Below, in pieces: positions 59,556 to 64,000 of a DNA stretch of 64,000 bases. Each line of letters starts with the position of its first letter. Position 1 is the first letter of the stretch. The position numbers and the translations under genes were made by a program. The stretch is from Marsupella aquatica (Eukaryota > Plantae > Marchantiophyta), in NCBI GenBank assembly GCA_973895155.1, contig OZ316899.1, forward strand, positions 2,749,455 through 2,813,454, read 5' to 3'. The notes beneath the pieces are model-generated. The model searched no databases. It worked only from the letters and a program-made list of their open reading frames with translations, and had not been told where the DNA came from.

Positions 59556-62003
59556 TTACGTGTGTGTAGTGGTTGGACCAGGGCTGGTCCCCTTGTCGAG
59601 GCGAGACCTCGAGCCGCCTTGATCAGAGGTGGGCCCAGGTTTTCCCCGCTGGAGGACGAGCAGGGTGACGCGGTCCTGCAAAGCCTTGTTGTCCCGTAAT
59701 GCTTCCTCCGCCTCGTTTGCAGCTTCGTCGGCTTCAGTCTGGAGCCGCGCCACCTCCAAGTTGAGCTGGTCGATGGCGTCGCGATGGACCTGGTCCTACG
59801 CTAGCAATTTATCTCGTTCGGCGGAGAGACTAGCCACCTGCTGTGCTGCCTGCAGGAATTGTTTGTTGAGGTCGGTCAGGCTGGTAACCCGAGCCGAAGA
59901 TTCTGAGCGTAATTGAAGCACGGTGTCGTCCAGCTTCTTGAGTTCGGCCTGCGCTCCGCTTAACTCCTGGGTTAGTCCGTCCCTCTGTTCGACAGTGCGG
60001 ACTAAATCCTCGCGGCGGGTCGTTGCCTCCTCCTCGAGGTGTTCTACCAGCATCTAGAGACGCCCGATCTCATTCCCCTTCGCCATGAGTTCTTCTTCCA
60101 AGCGGCTGACGATCCGTGGTTGGTGCTCTAACATGAAGAAGGCTGGCTGAAAGTACGCCGAGACTTGTTGTCCGATGTATGTCGCCAACTCCCCAGACAT
60201 AGTCTGGCTAAACTTCTGGACCAGGTCGTAGGCCATGGTCCCCGGGGCTACTTGGTAGTCCTCCATCCTCTCGGGTACCGGTGGTTCCTCGGCAGGGGCA
60301 ACGAGCTCCTCCGTAGTCAGCGCTGGGGAGGGGAAGGTTTCTTCAGGTGGTGGAGGGATTGGGGGTGGTTGTACTGCAGGTAGCGGAGGCTCAACGGAAG
60401 GAGGCGGTGGAATTTCCACAGGGGGCGGTTGCGGAGTATTAGTCGGGGCTTCCGGCTTGGGGTTTGTCCGAGGGACAGTAGTCCGCGTAGTCGGGGTTGC
60501 CTCCTTTGGGGCGGGGGTGACATTACCCGGGGCTGAGGTGGCCGTATTCTTTCCTCTGGCCTCCCGCCGTGCCTTGTACCAGGCGAGGATAATGGCGATA
60601 TGACTCCCCAAGTAAGTCTTTCCTCCAATAGCCATACCACCCTGAGCCCGCTTCAGCTCCCCCGAGAATCTTCGGTAGAAGAATTGGGCCCAATTTCGTC
60701 GTTTGTACTGTTCCACCTGCACTATCGTGCAGTGGGAAATCTCGGATCGTGGCTCAATCATGTGTAGGGTAGTCCGTATGAAGTTAAGCCGCTCCATACA
60801 GGTTAAGTTGGTGCACGCTCCTTGCTTGTATCCGTTGTCCGTCTTACCCTCAGGTTTGAAGTGCCGCGGCGTATACTCCTTATCCCGAATTCGGATTTCC
60901 ACCGGCACCGGCCCGGTTGGTAGGCCGAAAATTTGCGTTAACCGATGCTCCGTGAGTGATAAGGTCTGCCCCGAAACCTTGGTGGTTGACGCATCAGTGT
61001 CGAAATTGGAGATGAACTCACAAATCTCCTTCGGCCCGGCGGCGCACGGCCTCCATAGTAAGTGGGCGAACCGCTCCAACTGATGCTCCTTGAGATAGTC
61101 CGCATGTTCGAGTTTCTTGATCGCGATCCAGACTACCTCGGGGATGCGGATTACCTGTAATAAGTTGGACTTCGGGTTATCCGGGGGCCGTCGGGTCTGG
61201 TTGGTCGGGGGGTTTGCCGGGGCAGGTGCAGGCGCGGCGTCGGTCCGTGTTGATTCGGGGGCCGTCGTAGTCCTTGACCGCTTACGAGGACGCTGTTCGA
61301 GTTGCGGACTAGCTCGCTCGGAACCCAAAGAACACTCCGTGTTGATTATTGGACGGACTTGGGATTGGTTCGGCGGTACTCCGGTGGTCATCGGTTGAGG
61401 CGCTGGGGTAGCCATATCCCAGTTGAAGGCGTTGGAGCTTTCCCCGAGGAACGTGAGATTATGCGCCGCTTCCTGTTGTTTGCTGATGTCTTCTTGGCGC
61501 TTTTCGGCTGTGATCTGCTGGTCTAGGTACCCCGGAATCTTGTCGAACTCCGCTTGAGTAAGCCGCTGGTTGCCCTTCAGCTTAAAGAACTTAGCTGGAA
61601 CCTCAAGAATCGCCTCTGCTACCGATCTAAGCCCTTCCTCGCTGAGATATAGTTCGGTGATGTAGTCTCGTAGCTCGTTATAGCTAGAATCCCTGGTGAT
61701 GGCTGTCCTTTCGCAATTAACCAGTGCTACCTTGGTTACCAACTTCGCGTACCTTCGTTCGTAAGCGGCTTTCTCGGGGCAAGAGTACCAGTAAGTCTCG
61801 GAGAACTTAGCACCTACCTCGCCAAACAAGGTCCAAAATCCCAAGGCTGTGAGGGTCATACTAACCTCGTAGTCCGGTTCGTTGCGTCCACGTTCCCACC
61901 TGGCTGGTCCTTTTTTGCGGAGGCCTCGCTCGTCCTGACTAAATCTCGCCACATTTCGCTCTTCTCCCTGGATAATTTCCTCGTAAAGGTCGACTGGATT
62001 CAA
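59556..62003 (-). CDS. G LTR-encoded accessory protein, one frame with two in-frame TAGs (60054, 59796); probable start MTLTALGFW at 61859
   Basis: Three ORF-track pieces share one frame; domains align with the H, I and D ORFs; coiled-coil C-terminus. Confidence 0.82.
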
Positions 62004-62362
62004 TCAAAAAGGCGAGCGGATGGCAGCGTCCGTGAATTCCAAAAAGGTAAACGTGAGTGAATGGCCCGCAGTGCCATCGGCTCCTTTCTTATGGGGGTGC
62101 CTGGACAAGCCCGAGCGTGAGAAGGTCAGGCCGTTTGGTCATTGATAACGAGCTGAAGTCGGCGTCTCGGTCCAAGCGTGATTCTTCTAACTGATTTTTA
62201 CTCCGCTGCCGCCACCGTACCTCGGTCGTGCGTAATAATCCCTTTCCTGAACTCGTAATTATTTGGTTATCTTAACCTACTCCTAATCTAATCATAATGG
62301 CAACTTGACGGCTATACGTGCTATTCTACGCTATGGCTACGGTCCTAATGACCGTATAAGTC

Positions 62363-64000
62363 CTAATCTACGACCTGGGTTCGGTCAAGTGACACGTTAC
62401 CCGTGTCACATAGCTCCCTACTTAAGTGTGAAGCGTCCTCGCGAACATCATTACGCTCGTTGTCCTGATGAAAGTACCTCTTCACACGATCGTAACTAAC
62501 TCGATTGGGAAAGAGGTCGCCGGCGTACGTCAATAGTTGTAGGGATCCGTTCAGGTACATCTGCTGGACAACGAAAGGTCCTAGCCAGCGTGTGTGTAAC
62601 TTTCCTGGAAAGTACATGTACCTACTGTTGTACAGAAGGACAAGATCTCCCGCAGTGATGTCCACCTGGCGCAGTCCCTTGTCGTGATGTTTCTTCGTTG
62701 CTTCTTGCTTAGCTGCCACGCGTTGCGATGCCCACAATCTGTGTTCTTCTAGACTATCGATCTTATATGCTCGATCGGACGAACTAGCGGCCTCCGATAG
62801 TCTGTGGCGGATGCGCACCCGGGGGGTCTCGACCTCAAACTTGACGGGTACTAGCGCATGTTGTCCGAATACCAAGAAATACGGACTATGGTTTGTAGTG
62901 GTCTTGAACGCCAAGTTGTACGAATAGACCGCCGCGAAAAGCTTGTCGTCCCAGTCTGTTTTGTGGGCTGCCACGGTTTTGTTGAGGATTTTCCCTACAA
63001 TGCCATTAGCCCGCTCTGCTAGTCCGTTACATTTGGGATGATAAGGAGTAGTCTTCCTGTGCTTGACGAGGTAACGGTCAGTCAGTTTTTCCACCGTTTC
63101 GTTCAAAAAATGAGTCCCGCGGTCGCTGACTAATTCCAAGGGAGGTCCGAAGCGGGTGAAGATCTGTTCGTACAGGAACCTGGCAGTGGTGGCCGCGTCA
63201 TCCTTGACCGTTGCCCGGGCCTCGACCCATTTAGTCGAGTAGTCGATAGCCAGAAGGATGTACCAGCAACGCCGACCTTGGGTTACCGGAGTGAATGGTC
63301 CGATATAATCGTGCCCCATTTCTCAAACGGGGCAAGGGGAAAGATTGGAGTTAGAGGATGATTACCCGATCTGCGAGGTTTGCCTGCGCGCTGACATAAG
63401 TCACACCCTCGGATAAAATGGGCTACGTCGTGATGAAGCGTGGGCCACCAATAACCTGCGTCCAAGATTTTGTGAGCCGTGGTGACCGGGGCGAAGTGTC
63501 CTCCTGCCTCTTCCTCGTGCATAGCTCGCATGACAATGATCGTCTTGTTATAGTCTAGGCATCTGCGGATTTTCCCATCGACGCCTTCCTTATGCAGATG
63601 TCCGCGGATCATCATGTATGGTGCGGCCTTGCGGAGAAAGACCGACGCGGCCTCTTGGTTTATGTTACTTGGAATGCGGGCCGTTAAGAGGAAGGTGATT
63701 AGGTCCCCATACCATGTTGGTTGGTCCGTTTCTACGCGGAATAACTCCTCATCCGGGAATGCATCATCGACAGGTGCGTCGTCCGACTCCCCTTCGATCC
63801 TTGAGAAGAAGTCCGCATTTACGTGAGCTTTCCCTGGTCGCACCCTGACTTCGTAGTTAAATTCTTGGAGCAGCAGGACCCAACGGGCTATTCTCCCTGT
63901 TAAGTCTGCTTTGTTTACCATGTACTTCAGGCTGTCATGGTCAGTATGGAATACTACCTTATACCCCAATAGATAATGGCGAAACTTTTTACACGAGTAG
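62363..64000 (-). pseudogene. pol: G pol: RNase H C-half and integrase (one frameshift near 63300)
   Basis: KKFRHYLL..HTDH..RIARWVLLLQEF; HEEEAGGHF..CDLCQR; DYIGPF, SDRGTHF, GLAERAN (D,D,E triad); KLHTRWLGPF. Confidence 0.94.

Larger units (their letters stand above)
58573..64000 (-). mobile_element. Element G: Athila-like Ty3/gypsy; 3' LTR 58573-62410 (3838 bp) plus IN and RH; runs off the right edge
   Basis: TGTCGCAC at the D3 breakpoint; AGGGAGCTA|TGTGAC junction identical to H; LTR segment 59070-59230 resembles H 34270-34430. Confidence 0.87.

Noticed and set aside
59556-62003. Calling the post-pol ORF an envelope gene
   Set aside because: No signal peptide or transmembrane stretch is visible; position alone is not enough.

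Overview
This window is almost entirely a nest of LTR retrotransposons, mostly Ty3/gypsy with two Ty1/copia pieces. I find no host gene, RNA gene or CRISPR array. The primer-binding sites match plant tRNA 3' ends and the pol motifs are plant-type, so I infer a land-plant genome, possibly a non-seed plant; that is not certain. Target-site duplications (TSDs) and interrupted reading frames give a nest up to seven layers deep: K > I > H > E > F > D3 > G, with J (containing B) also inside I. Letters are my own labels. Main finding: a clade of Athila-like elements appears to have giant LTRs (about 3.8-4.7 kb) that themselves encode an 800-1200 aa protein. Two such units (D1, D2) stand alone as TG...CA units with 5-bp TSDs. 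In two elements with pol (G, H) the same kind of ORF lies between a conserved AGGGAGCTA|TGTGAC junction and the LTR end. Other notable features: a chromovirus-like element with AGT...ACT termini instead of TG...CA (supported by two perfect TSDs), a canonical -1 frameshift signal between protease and RT, and three elements that keep gag but have lost RT. All alignments were done by eye; no database searches were run.
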